Part shown: one piece after another, positions 19,403 to 28,465 of the stretch
Position numbering within the stretch: the first letter of the stretch is position 1
Layout: each line of letters starts with the position of its first letter
Source: Devosia salina
Lineage (GTDB): Bacteria > Pseudomonadota > Alphaproteobacteria > Rhizobiales > Devosiaceae
Direction of reading: 5' to 3'
Length of the DNA: 32,000 nucleotides
Assembly (NCBI RefSeq): GCF_019504385.1
Contig: NZ_CP080590.1
Location: 1,634,884 to 1,666,883, forward strand
The notes under the pieces: model-generated
Told to the model about the DNA's origin: nothing
Seen by the model: the letters and a program-made list of their open reading frames with translations, nothing else
Database searches by the model: none
Translations under genes and position numbers: made by a program

Positions 19403-19768
19403 ATGACCGAATTGCTCAGCAATTACCTGCCCATTGTCATCTTCATAGCGCTCTCGGCCCTGATCGGCGGGGCGCTTTTGGTCGCGCCGTTCCTGGTTGC
19501 GGTGAAGCGGCCGGATCCGGAGAAAGTGTCGGCCTTCGAGGCTGGCTTCGACGCCTTCAGCGACGCCCGCATGAAGGTCGATGTGCGCTTCTATCTGGTG
19601 GCGATTCTCTTCATCATCTTCGATCTGGAAGTGGCCTTTCTGTTCCCCTGGGCCGTGGCGTTCCGGGATGTGGGCTGGTTCGGCTTCTGGTCGATGATGA
19701 TCTTCCTGGCCGTGCTGACCATCGGCTTTATCTATGAATGGCGTAAGGGAGCTCTGGAATGGGATTGA
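19403..19768 (+). CDS. nuoA: NADH-quinone oxidoreductase subunit A
   Basis: 121 aa with 3 TM. Conserved [31 protein letters not shown] and [10 protein letters not shown]. Confidence 0.97.
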   Translation: MTELLSNYLPIVIFIALSALIGGALLVAPFLVAVKRPDPEKVSAFEAGFDAFSDARMKVDVRFYLVAILFIIFDLEVAFLFPWAVAFRDVGWFGFWSMMIFLAVLTIGFIYEWRKGALEWD

Positions 19769-20340
19769 GCCCGTCCAGTTCGACACTGGTTACCCCGCGT
19801 CCCACGGGCGCGATTGATCCGGCAACCGGCAAGCCATTTGGCGCCGACGATCCGTTTTTCACCGGCGTGAACAATGAGTTGGCCGACAAGGGCTTCCTCG
19901 TCACCACCGTGTCGCAGCTCATCACCTGGGCGCGCACCGGCTCGCTGATGTGGATGCAGACCGGCCTGGCCTGCTGCGCTGTGGAAATGATGCAGATGTC
20001 GATGCCGCGCTACGACATCGAGCGGTTCGGTACCGCGCCGCGCGCCTCGCCGCGCCAGTCCGACGTGCTCATCGTGGCCGGCACGCTGACCAACAAGATG
20101 GCGCCGGCCCTGCGCAAGGTCTATGACCAGATGCCCGAGCCGCGCTACGTGATCTCGATGGGCAGCTGCGCCAATGGCGGCGGCTACTACCACTATTCCT
20201 ATTCCGTTGTGCGCGGTTGCGACCGGGTGCTGCCGGTGGACGTCTATGTTCCGGGCTGCCCGCCGACTGCCGAGGCCCTTCTCTATGGCATCCTGTTGCT
20301 GCAGAAGAAGATCCGCCGCGACGGCACGATCGAACGATAG
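19759..20340 (+). CDS. nuoB: NADH-quinone oxidoreductase subunit B
   Basis: 193 aa, overlapping nuoA by 10 nt. N2 cluster motifs [20 protein letters not shown] and PGCPP. Confidence 0.97.
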   Translation: MGLSPSSSTLVTPRPTGAIDPATGKPFGADDPFFTGVNNELADKGFLVTTVSQLITWARTGSLMWMQTGLACCAVEMMQMSMPRYDIERFGTAPRASPRQSDVLIVAGTLTNKMAPALRKVYDQMPEPRYVISMGSCANGGGYYHYSYSVVRGCDRVLPVDVYVPGCPPTAEALLYGILLLQKKIRRDGTIER

Positions 20341-20349
20341 GGCAGGGGC

Positions 20350-20982
20350 ATGGACGAAACTGTTGTTGTCGAGCCGATTGCAATCGACCCGCTCGTGACG
20401 CTTGGCGAACATGTCGCTGCGTCCCTGGGCGATGCGGTCCTGGGCTTTGAAGTGGCGTTTGGCGATCTGACCGTTACTGTGGCGCGCGATTCGATCGTCA
20501 ATGTGGCGTCGTTCCTGCGCGATGATCCGAAATGTCGGTTCATCAGCTTCGTGGACGTCTGCGGTGTGGACTATCCGGCCCGGGAGTTCCGCTTCGACGT
20601 TGTCTATCATTTCCTCAGCCCGCATCTGAACCAGCGCATCCGTATCAAGCTCGAAGCCGACGACGTGACCCCGGTCCCCTCGATCTGCGACGTGTTTGCT
20701 GGCGCCAACTGGTTCGAGCGTGAGGTTTATGACCTCTATGGCGTGCTGTTCTCCGGCCATCCCGACCTGCGCCGCATCCTGACCGACTACGGTTTTGACG
20801 GGCATCCATTGCGCAAGGACTTCCCGCTCACTGGCTTTGTTGAAGTCCGCTATGACGAAGAGCGCAAGCGTGTGGTCTATGAGCCGGTGACCCTGGCCCA
20901 GGAATTCCGCTCGTTCGATTATCTGTCGCCCTGGGAAGGTACGGATTACGTGCTGCCCGGCGACGAAAAGGCGAAGAACTGA
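20350..20982 (+). CDS. nuoC: NADH-quinone oxidoreductase subunit C
   Basis: 210 aa with conserved [44 protein letters not shown]. Confidence 0.97.
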   Translation: MDETVVVEPIAIDPLVTLGEHVAASLGDAVLGFEVAFGDLTVTVARDSIVNVASFLRDDPKCRFISFVDVCGVDYPAREFRFDVVYHFLSPHLNQRIRIKLEADDVTPVPSICDVFAGANWFEREVYDLYGVLFSGHPDLRRILTDYGFDGHPLRKDFPLTGFVEVRYDEERKRVVYEPVTLAQEFRSFDYLSPWEGTDYVLPGDEKAKN

Positions 20983-22172
20983 TGTCAGAAGTCGACGTCC
21001 GCAATTTCACCCTGAACTTCGGCCCCGTGCACCCCTCGGCGCACGGCGTGCTGCGCATGATTCTCGAACTCGATGGCGAACTGGTCGAGCGCGTCGATCC
21101 GCATATCGGTCTGCTGCACCGCGGCACCGAGAAACTGATCGAGTACAAGACCTATCTTCAGGCTGTTCCGTATTTTGACCGGCTCGACTACGTGGCGCCG
21201 ATGAACCAGGAGCACGCCTTTGCCCTGGCGGTCGAGCGCATGCTCGACATCGAGGTTCCGCGCCGTGGCCAGCTCATACGCGTGCTGTATGCCGAGATCG
21301 GCCGCCTCCTGGCGCACCTGATGAACGTCACCACCCAGGCCATGGACATTGGCGCGCTCACCCCGCCGCTCTGGGGCTTCGAGCAGCGCGAAAAGCTCAT
21401 GGTCTTCTACGAGCGCGCTTCTGGCGCCCGCATGCACGCAGCCTATTTCCGCCCCGGTGGCGTCCACCAGGACCTGCCGCAGGCGCTGATCGATGACATT
21501 GGCACCTTCTGCGACGAGTTCCCCAAGGCGCTCAAGGACATCGACACCCTTCTGACGGCCAATCGCATCTTCAAGCAGCGCAATGTCGATATTGGCGTCG
21601 TGCCGCTCGAAGAGGCGTGGGGCCGGGGCTTTTCGGGCGTCATGGTGCGCGCTTCGGGCGCCGCATGGGACCTGCGCAAGGCCCAGCCCTATGACGCCTA
21701 TGCCGAAATGGAATTCGACATTCCGGTTGGCTCAAACGGCGACTGCTACGACCGTTACCTGATCCGCATGGAAGAAATGCGCCAGGCCAACGAGATCATG
21801 CGTCAGTGCGTGAAGAAGCTCAATGCGCCGGACGGCAAGGGTCCCGTGTCCTCGACCGATGGCAAGGTGGTGCCGCCCAGCCGCGGTGAGATGAAGCAGT
21901 CCATGGAGGCGCTCATCCACCACTTCAAGCTCTATACCGAGGGCTTCAAGGTGCCGGCCGGCGAAATCTATGCCGCCGTCGAAGCGCCCAAGGGCGAGTT
22001 CGGCGTCTACCTGGTGTCCGATGGCACCAACAAGCCCTATCGCTGCCATATCCGTGCGCCGGGCTTCGCCCATCTGAGCGCCATGGATTATCTCTGCCGC
22101 AAGCACATGCTGGCAGACGTGACGGCGATCCTCGGGTCGATTGATATTGTGTTCGGAGAGGTGGATCGCTGA
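20982..22172 (+). CDS. nuoD: NADH-quinone oxidoreductase subunit D
   Basis: 396 aa with a TGATG 1-nt overlap with nuoC. Motifs: [29 protein letters not shown] and the C-terminal [12 protein letters not shown]. Confidence 0.97.
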   Translation: MSEVDVRNFTLNFGPVHPSAHGVLRMILELDGELVERVDPHIGLLHRGTEKLIEYKTYLQAVPYFDRLDYVAPMNQEHAFALAVERMLDIEVPRRGQLIRVLYAEIGRLLAHLMNVTTQAMDIGALTPPLWGFEQREKLMVFYERASGARMHAAYFRPGGVHQDLPQALIDDIGTFCDEFPKALKDIDTLLTANRIFKQRNVDIGVVPLEEAWGRGFSGVMVRASGAAWDLRKAQPYDAYAEMEFDIPVGSNGDCYDRYLIRMEEMRQANEIMRQCVKKLNAPDGKGPVSSTDGKVVPPSRGEMKQSMEALIHHFKLYTEGFKVPAGEIYAAVEAPKGEFGVYLVSDGTNKPYRCHIRAPGFAHLSAMDYLCRKHMLADVTAILGSIDIVFGEVDR

Positions 22173-23515
22173 TGTCTACGCGACGCCTTGCAGACGAGTC
22201 GGTGCAGCCGGCCAGTTTTGCGTTCAATGCTGAGAACCAGGCCTGGGCCGAAAAGCGGATCGCGCTGTATCCGGCCGGGCGCCAGCAGTCTGCGGTTATT
22301 CCGCTGCTGATGCGCGCGCAGGACCAGGATGGCTGGGTCACCCGCGCGACCATCGAAAAGGTCGCCGAAATGCTGGATATGCCCTATATCCGCGTGCTCG
22401 AAGTGGCGACCTTTTACACACAGTTCCAGCTGGCCCCGGTGGGCAGGAACGCCCATATCCAGGTCTGCGGCACCACGCCCTGCATGCTGCGCGGCGCGGG
22501 CGACCTGATCGAGGTCTGCAAGTCCAAGATCCACCCCGAACCGCATCATCTCAATGCCGACGGCACAATGAGCTGGGAAGAGGTCGAGTGCCTTGGCGCC
22601 TGCGTCAACGCGCCCATGGTCATGATCTATCATGACACCTATGAGGACCTGACGCCCGGGCGCATGGAAGAGATCGTGGACGCCTTTGCTGCCGGCAAGG
22701 GCGACACCATCAAGGCCGGTCCGCAGATCGACCGGCAGACCTCGGCGGCCTTTGGTGGCCGCACGACGCTGCTCGAACAGCCGACCGCCAAGCGCGAGAA
22801 GTTCGTGCCCCCGCCGGTAGCGGAGGCTGCGGCCGCCGCGGCAGCACCGGCCGCTTCCGCACCTGCGGCGCCGGCCAAGACGGCGCCTGCCCCGGACACG
22901 GCGGCCAAGCCCAAGGATGTAGCCGAAGAAAACGCGCCGGCGATCAAGGGTACGCCCAAGAAGGCCAAGGTCAGCCAGGCCAAGGCCGAGGGTGAACGCG
23001 TTGCGGCCGATGTTGCGGCCAAGGCCAATGGCAAGCCCAATACCGCCATGCGGGAAGGCGCGTCCGGCGCCGAGTCCGAGGGTGGCAAGGTCGATGGCGG
23101 CAAGGCCGTGGGTAAGGCCAGCGCGACCGCACCGGCCGACGGCAGCGCTGCCGATACCGCTGTTCGCAAGACCAAACCTGCGATCAAGGCGCCGGCGGCC
23201 GATCCCAAGGAAGCCGTTCCCACCGCCGAAAAGGGTGGTGAGCTCACGCCGTTGTTCGAGCGCCCCGCGGGCGCTCCGGACGACCTAAAGCTGATCTCGG
23301 GCGTGGGGCCGGTCATCGAGCGCAAGCTCAATGCGCTGGGCATCACCCGTTACGACCAGATCGCCAAGTTCAAGAAGGCGGAGATCGCCCGGGTGGACGA
23401 GGTGCTGAACTTCAAGGGCCGCATCGATCGCGATGACTGGCTCAAGCAGGCCAAGGCGCTCGCCAAGGGCGGGGTTGAGGAATACCGCAAGGTATTCGGG
23501 AAGGACCCGCGCTAA
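22172..23515 (+). CDS. nuoE: NADH-quinone oxidoreductase subunit E with a long C-terminal extension
   Basis: 447 aa with a TGATG overlap with nuoD. The core (aa 1 to about 203) carries 2Fe-2S ligands C99-x4-C104 ... C140-x3-C144 (VCGTTPCMLRG, VECLGACVNAP). aa ~204-357 is an Ala/Pro/Lys-rich low-complexity region. aa ~358-447 is a folded-looking domain with a helix-hairpin-helix-like LISGVGPVIERKLNALGI. Confidence 0.95.
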   Translation: MSTRRLADESVQPASFAFNAENQAWAEKRIALYPAGRQQSAVIPLLMRAQDQDGWVTRATIEKVAEMLDMPYIRVLEVATFYTQFQLAPVGRNAHIQVCGTTPCMLRGAGDLIEVCKSKIHPEPHHLNADGTMSWEEVECLGACVNAPMVMIYHDTYEDLTPGRMEEIVDAFAAGKGDTIKAGPQIDRQTSAAFGGRTTLLEQPTAKREKFVPPPVAEAAAAAAAPAASAPAAPAKTAPAPDTAAKPKDVAEENAPAIKGTPKKAKVSQAKAEGERVAADVAAKANGKPNTAMREGASGAESEGGKVDGGKAVGKASATAPADGSAADTAVRKTKPAIKAPAADPKEAVPTAEKGGELTPLFERPAGAPDDLKLISGVGPVIERKLNALGITRYDQIAKFKKAEIARVDEVLNFKGRIDRDDWLKQAKALAKGGVEEYRKVFGKDPR

Positions 23516-23731
23516 ATGACCATTGGGGGCATCGACATTGCAGCGCTCACCGTCAGGGACTACGCCGTCGGCGTGGTCTATGCGGTGCTGGGCACATTTG
23601 TCGTGACCGGTGCCGAGATGGTCTTCGGATTTTCGCTGCCGAGCATCCTGGCTTCGGTAGTGGGGGCAGCAATCGGAATTGCTGCCTGGTTTGTCTTTTT
23701 GTTGAAGCGGAAAGCTGATCATGCTCGCTGA
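23516..23731 (+). CDS. Small hypothetical two-TM membrane protein (non-canonical cistron between nuoE and nuoF)
   Basis: 71-aa ORF. Its ATG immediately follows the nuoE TAA (TAAATG), and its 3' end overlaps nuoF by 11 nt. Two hydrophobic helices ([22 protein letters not shown] and [23 protein letters not shown]) are followed by a basic tail KRKADHAR. It resembles none of the 14 Nuo subunits. Confidence 0.55.
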   Translation: MTIGGIDIAALTVRDYAVGVVYAVLGTFVVTGAEMVFGFSLPSILASVVGAAIGIAAWFVFLLKRKADHAR

Positions 23732-25028
23732 CAAGGATCGCATTTTCACCAATCTCTACGGCCACCATGACTGGCGGCTGGAAGGCGCACGCGAACGCGG
23801 CTCCTGGGTTGGGACCAAGGAATTTATCGACAGCGGGCGTGACTGGATCACCAATGAAGTCAAGTCGTCCGGCCTGCGCGGTCGTGGCGGCGCCGGTTTC
23901 CCGACGGGCCTCAAATGGTCGTTCATGCCCAAGCAGTCCGACGGACGTCCGCACTATCTGCTGGTCAATGCCGACGAGTCCGAGCCGGGCACCTGCAAGG
24001 ACCGCGAAATCCTGCGCCACGATCCGCATCACCTGATCGAAGGCTGCCTGCTGGCGTGCCGCGCCATGGATGCGCACCTGGCCTTCATCTATGTGCGCGG
24101 TGAGTTCATCCGTGAGCGCCAGCGCCTCGAGGAAGCCGTCCAGGAGGCCTATGACGCCAAGCTGATCGGCAAGGACAATGTGCACGGCTGGGACCTGGAC
24201 ATCATCGTGCATCACGGCGCCGGCGCTTACATCTGCGGGGAAGAAACCGCGCTGATGGAATCGCTCGAGGGCAAGAAGGGCCAGCCGCGCCTGAAGCCGC
24301 CATTCCCGGCCGGCATGGGCGTCTATGGCAACCCGACCACCGTCAACAATGTCGAATCCATCGCCGTCGTCCCGGAAATCCTGCGCCGCTCCGGCGCCTG
24401 GTTCTCGTCCATCGGCCGGCCGAACAATGTCGGCACCAAGCTCTTCATGGTCTCGGGCCATGTGAACAAGCCGGCCACCTTCGAGGAAGCCCTGGGCGAA
24501 AGCTTCAAGGACATCATCGAAAAGCATTGCGGCGGCATCCGCGGCGGCTGGGACAACCTGCTGGCCGTCATTCCTGGCGGTGCTTCGTGCCCGGTCGTGC
24601 GCGGCGAGGACATGATGGATGCCATCATGGACTTCGACGGCATGCGCGAGAAGAAGTCGAGCTTCGGCACCGGCGGCATGATCGTCATGGACAAGTCCAC
24701 CGACATCATCAAGGCCATCTGGCGCATCTCGGCCTTCTTCAAGCACGAGAGCTGCGGCCAGTGCACGCCGTGCCGCGAAGGCACCGGCTGGATGATGCGC
24801 GTCATGGAGCGCATGGTCCAGGGCCGCGCGCAGAAGCGCGAAATCGACATGCTGTTCGAAGTGACCAAGCAGATCGAAGGCCACACCATCTGCGCCCTTG
24901 GCGACGCCGCCGCCTGGCCGATCCAGGGCCTGATCCGCAATTTCCGCCCCACCATCGAGGCGCGGATCGAGCAGTACACCTATTCATCCACCAGCGACGG
25001 CGCCGTTCCGTCCATCGCTGCGGAGTAA
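23721..25028 (+). CDS. nuoF: NADH-quinone oxidoreductase subunit F
   Basis: 435 aa. N-terminus [21 protein letters not shown] motifs [13 protein letters not shown] and [14 protein letters not shown]3 cluster [12 protein letters not shown] ... CALGD. Confidence 0.97.
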   Translation: MLADKDRIFTNLYGHHDWRLEGARERGSWVGTKEFIDSGRDWITNEVKSSGLRGRGGAGFPTGLKWSFMPKQSDGRPHYLLVNADESEPGTCKDREILRHDPHHLIEGCLLACRAMDAHLAFIYVRGEFIRERQRLEEAVQEAYDAKLIGKDNVHGWDLDIIVHHGAGAYICGEETALMESLEGKKGQPRLKPPFPAGMGVYGNPTTVNNVESIAVVPEILRRSGAWFSSIGRPNNVGTKLFMVSGHVNKPATFEEALGESFKDIIEKHCGGIRGGWDNLLAVIPGGASCPVVRGEDMMDAIMDFDGMREKKSSFGTGGMIVMDKSTDIIKAIWRISAFFKHESCGQCTPCREGTGWMMRVMERMVQGRAQKREIDMLFEVTKQIEGHTICALGDAAAWPIQGLIRNFRPTIEARIEQYTYSSTSDGAVPSIAAE

Positions 25029-25037
25029 GCCGATGGC
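25019..25037 (+). repeat. Direct repeat copy 1 (TGCGGAGTAAGCCGATGGC) spanning the nuoF stop and the small-ORF start
   Basis: Exact 19-nt match to 25242-25260. It contains the last nuoF codons (..A-E), TAA, the spacer GCCG and ATGGC. Confidence 0.95.
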
Positions 25038-25251
25038 TGAAGAACCGGACAATTTGGTGTTGGTGATGCTGAGAAAGCTGGACACGAAAATGGATCGTGT
25101 TCTCGACGACTTGCACGACCTCAAGGTGCGCATGACGTCAGTGGAAGAAGGGTTGAGTGGCGTGCAGCGCCGCATCGATCGAATGGAAGACCGGCTCGAC
25201 CACGTCGAGAAGCGCTTGGACCTGTCGGGTCCCGCTGGGTTTGCGGAGTAA
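25033..25251 (+). CDS. Small hypothetical coiled-coil protein (non-canonical cistron between nuoF and nuoG)
   Basis: 72-aa ORF starting 4 nt after the nuoF TAA and ending 4 nt before the nuoG ATG. GGAG lies 8 nt upstream. No TM segment. Hydrophobic residues at 16,20,23,27,30,34,37,41,44,48,51,55,58,62 give an uninterrupted 4-3 heptad spacing. Leu codons are 5/11 TTG, and it uses AGA and CGA Arg codons. Confidence 0.6.
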   Translation: MAEEPDNLVLVMLRKLDTKMDRVLDDLHDLKVRMTSVEEGLSGVQRRIDRMEDRLDHVEKRLDLSGPAGFAE

Positions 25252-25260
25252 GCCGATGGC
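25242..25260 (+). repeat. Direct repeat copy 2 (TGCGGAGTAAGCCGATGGC) spanning the small-ORF stop and the nuoG start
   Basis: Exact 19-nt match to 25019-25037, 223 bp downstream of copy 1. Confidence 0.95.
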
Positions 25261-27358
25261 CAATATCAAAGTCGATGGGCAGCTCATCGAAGTCCCCGAT
25301 CACTACACCCTGATGCAGGCGGCCGAAGCGGCCGGCGCGGAAATCCCGCGCTTCTGCTACCACGAGCGCCTGTCGGTCGCCGGCAATTGCCGCATGTGCC
25401 TTGTCGAGGTGAAGGGCGGTCCTCCGAAGCCGCAGGCCTCCTGCGCCATGTCGGTCAAGGACTTGCGTCCCGGCCCGAATGGCGAACCGCCTGAAATGTT
25501 CACCAACACGCCCATGGTCAAGAAGGCCCGTGAAGGCGTGATGGAATTCCTGCTGATCAACCATCCGCTCGATTGCCCGATCTGCGACCAGGGCGGCGAA
25601 TGCGACCTGCAGGACCAGGCCATGGCCTATGGCGTCTCCGGCTCGCGCTTCCACGAGAACAAGCGCGCCGTCGAAGACAAATATATGGGCCCGCTGATCA
25701 AGACCTCGATGAACCGCTGCATTCACTGCACGCGGTGCGTCCGCTTCACCACTGAAGTCGCCGGCATTTCCGAGCTGGGCCTGCTGGGGCGCGGCGAAGA
25801 CGCCGAGATCACCCCCTATCTTGAGCGCGCGCTCACCAGCGAGTTGCAGGGCAATGTCATCGATCTCTGCCCGGTCGGCGCGCTGACCTCCAAGCCCTAC
25901 GCCTTCCATGCCCGTCCCTGGGAACTGAACAAGACCGAGAGCATCGACGTGATGGATGCGGTCGGTTCGGCCATCCGCGTCGACAGCCGCGGTCGCGAAG
26001 TCATGCGCGTCCTGCCGCGCATCAACGAGGCGATCAACGAGGAATGGATCTCGGACAAGACCCGCTTCATCTGGGATGGTTTGAAGAGCCAGCGTCTGGA
26101 TCGCCCCTATGTGCGCAAATCCGGAAAGTTGCAGGCCGCCAGCTGGGACGAAGCTCTGGCTGCCGTCGCTGCCAAGGTCAAGAAGGCCGGCAACAAGGTC
26201 GGCGCCATCGCCGGTGACCTGGCTGCTGTCGAGGAAATGTATGCCCTCAAGGGCCTGCTCGCCTCGATCGGCTCGGGCATGACCGACGTCCGTCCGGCCA
26301 TGTCGGGCATCGATCCGTCCATGCCGCGCTCGGCTTACCTCTTCAACCCGACCATTGCCGGGATCGAACAGGCCGACGCCATCCTCATCATCGGCGCGAA
26401 CCCGCGCAAGGAAGCGGCGCTGATCAATGCCCGCATCCGCAAGACCTGGCGTGCCACCAACCTGCCCATTGCCGTTATCGGCGAGCAGGCGGATCTGACC
26501 TATGCCTACGAGCATCTGGGCAACGGCTTCGAGACGCTGGCCGATCTGGCCGCCGGCAAGGGTGCCTTCGCCGAAACGCTCAAGAGTGCCCAGCGTCCGC
26601 TGATCATCGTGGGCGAAGGCGCGGTCTCGCATGCCTCGCTGGGCAAGCAGGCCGGTCGCGACACCATCGCGCTGGCCGCCAAGCTCGCCACGGGCGCCAA
26701 TGTCGCCGAGGGCTGGAACGGCTTCGCGCTGCTGCACAATGCGGCCAGCCGCGTCGGCGGTCTCGATATCGGCTTCGTGCCGCATGACGGCGGCGTCTGC
26801 TCGGCCGACCAGATCGCTCTGGCCGGCAAGGGCGAGCTCGACGTCCTGTTCCTGCTCGGCGCCGACGAATACGACATGTCGGCCATGGGCAAGGCGTTTG
26901 TCGTCTATATCGGCTCGCACGGCGACAAGGGCGCGCACCGCGCCGACGTCATCCTGCCGGGCGCGACCTACACGGAAAAGTCCGGCACCTATGTGAACAC
27001 CGAGGGTCGCGTGCAGGTCACCACCCGCGCCGTGTTCCCGCCGGGCGATGCCAAGGAAGACTGGGCGATCATCCGGGCCTTGAGCGGGGCCATCGGCCAG
27101 CCGCTGCCCTACAATTCGCTGGCCCAGCTGCGCGCCGCGCTTTATGCGGAATTCCCGCATCTGGCCCGCATTGACGAGATCGCCGCCGGTTCGGTGGCCG
27201 ATGTCGCCAAGCTCGGCAAGGCCGCCACCAAGACCAAGTCGGCACCCTATGTGTCGCTGGTCACCGATTTCTATCTCAGCAATCCGATTGCGCGTGCCTC
27301 GGCCACCATGGCCGAGTGCGCCCAGATGGCCGCGGGTCTGCGGCAGGCTGCGGAGTAG
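25256..27358 (+). CDS. nuoG: NADH-quinone oxidoreductase subunit G
   Basis: Start MANIKVDGQLIEVPD at ATG 25256; the track ORF start at 25157 is an upstream extension. 700 aa. Fe-S motifs: CYHERLSVAGNCRMCLVEV, HPLDCPICDQGGECDLQD, CIHCTRCVRF and CPVGALT. Confidence 0.97.
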   Translation: MANIKVDGQLIEVPDHYTLMQAAEAAGAEIPRFCYHERLSVAGNCRMCLVEVKGGPPKPQASCAMSVKDLRPGPNGEPPEMFTNTPMVKKAREGVMEFLLINHPLDCPICDQGGECDLQDQAMAYGVSGSRFHENKRAVEDKYMGPLIKTSMNRCIHCTRCVRFTTEVAGISELGLLGRGEDAEITPYLERALTSELQGNVIDLCPVGALTSKPYAFHARPWELNKTESIDVMDAVGSAIRVDSRGREVMRVLPRINEAINEEWISDKTRFIWDGLKSQRLDRPYVRKSGKLQAASWDEALAAVAAKVKKAGNKVGAIAGDLAAVEEMYALKGLLASIGSGMTDVRPAMSGIDPSMPRSAYLFNPTIAGIEQADAILIIGANPRKEAALINARIRKTWRATNLPIAVIGEQADLTYAYEHLGNGFETLADLAAGKGAFAETLKSAQRPLIIVGEGAVSHASLGKQAGRDTIALAAKLATGANVAEGWNGFALLHNAASRVGGLDIGFVPHDGGVCSADQIALAGKGELDVLFLLGADEYDMSAMGKAFVVYIGSHGDKGAHRADVILPGATYTEKSGTYVNTEGRVQVTTRAVFPPGDAKEDWAIIRALSGAIGQPLPYNSLAQLRAALYAEFPHLARIDEIAAGSVADVAKLGKAATKTKSAPYVSLVTDFYLSNPIARASATMAECAQMAAGLRQAAE

Positions 27359-27367
27359 GGGAGCACA

Positions 27368-28465
27368 ATGGACTTTATTCTCTCCGCCCTCGATTATCTG
27401 CTTGGTATCCCGGTCCTCGGCTGGGGCACCGAGGTCGGCTTCGTCTATAAGGCACTGGCCCTGCTGGTCGGGCTGCTGATCTTCACCGCCTTTATCCTCC
27501 TGGGGGACCGCAAGGTCTGGGCCGCCGTGCAGATGCGCCGGGGTCCCAATGTGGTCGGCCCCTTCGGCCTGCTGCAGAGCTTTGCCGACCTGCTGAAGTT
27601 CGTCTTCAAGGAAGCGGTCATTCCGGCCGGCGCCGACAAGGTGCTGTTCCTCGCCGCGCCGCTGATCACTGCCACCCTGGCACTTGCCGGCTGGGCCGTG
27701 GTGCCCGTCAGCGATGGCTGGGCCATGGCTGACATCAATATCGGCATTCTCTACCTGCTCGGCATTTCCTCGCTCGGCGTCTATGGCGTCATCATCGGCG
27801 GCTGGGCCTCGAACTCGAAATATCCGTTTCTGGGCGCCCTCCGTTCGGCAGCGCAGATGGTCTCCTACGAAGTTTCCATCGGCCTCGTGATCATCACCGT
27901 CCTGCTTTGCGTCGGGTCGCTCAATCTCAATGACATCGTCGTCGCCCAGTCCGAGATGGGCCTTGCCCACGCCCTGGGTGTGCCGTGGCTCTCGTTCCTC
28001 AACTGGTTCTGGCTGCCGCTCTTCCCGATGTTTGTGGTGTTCTACATCTCGGCCCTGGCCGAAACCAACCGCCCGCCTTTCGACATGGTGGAAGGCGAAT
28101 CCGAACTGGTCGCCGGCTTCATGACCGAATATTCGGCCACGCCGTACCTGCTGTTCATGCTGGGCGAATACATCGCGATCCTCCTCATGTGCGCCATGAC
28201 CACCATCCTGTTCCTGGGTGGCTGGGCCGCGCCGATCGATCTGCCTCCCTTCACCTGGATCCCGGGGCTGATCTGGTTCTTCATCAAGGTAAGTCTCGTT
28301 TTCTTCATGTTCGCCATGGCAAAGGCCATCGTGCCCCGCTATCGCTACGACCAGTTGATGCGCATTGGCTGGAAGCTGTTCCTGCCGCTCTCGCTGATCA
28401 TGGTCGTGATCGTCGCTTTCGTTCTCCAGCTCACCGGCTGGGGCTGGCACGGGGGTATTGCCTGA
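27368..28465 (+). CDS. nuoH: NADH-quinone oxidoreductase subunit H
   Basis: 365 aa, polytopic. Conserved [47 protein letters not shown] and RYRYDQLM. Confidence 0.97.
   Translation: MDFILSALDYLLGIPVLGWGTEVGFVYKALALLVGLLIFTAFILLGDRKVWAAVQMRRGPNVVGPFGLLQSFADLLKFVFKEAVIPAGADKVLFLAAPLITATLALAGWAVVPVSDGWAMADINIGILYLLGISSLGVYGVIIGGWASNSKYPFLGALRSAAQMVSYEVSIGLVIITVLLCVGSLNLNDIVVAQSEMGLAHALGVPWLSFLNWFWLPLFPMFVVFYISALAETNRPPFDMVEGESELVAGFMTEYSATPYLLFMLGEYIAILLMCAMTTILFLGGWAAPIDLPPFTWIPGLIWFFIKVSLVFFMFAMAKAIVPRYRYDQLMRIGWKLFLPLSLIMVVIVAFVLQLTGWGWHGGIA

Noticed and set aside
25019-25260. The 19-bp direct repeats as the target-site duplication of an IS element or MITE
   Set aside because: There are no terminal inverted repeats inside the repeats and no transposase. 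A 19-bp duplication is longer than typical target-site duplications, and the interior is a clean coiled-coil ORF. I kept it as a junction-duplication or cassette observation, not as a mobile element call.
25121-28450. 1109-aa ORF on the minus strand spanning nuoG-nuoH
   Set aside because: It is antisense to two unmistakable complex I genes. Its composition is Arg/Gly/Ala/Asp/His-rich with no recognisable motifs. This is the classic stop-codon-poor shadow frame of high-GC DNA.
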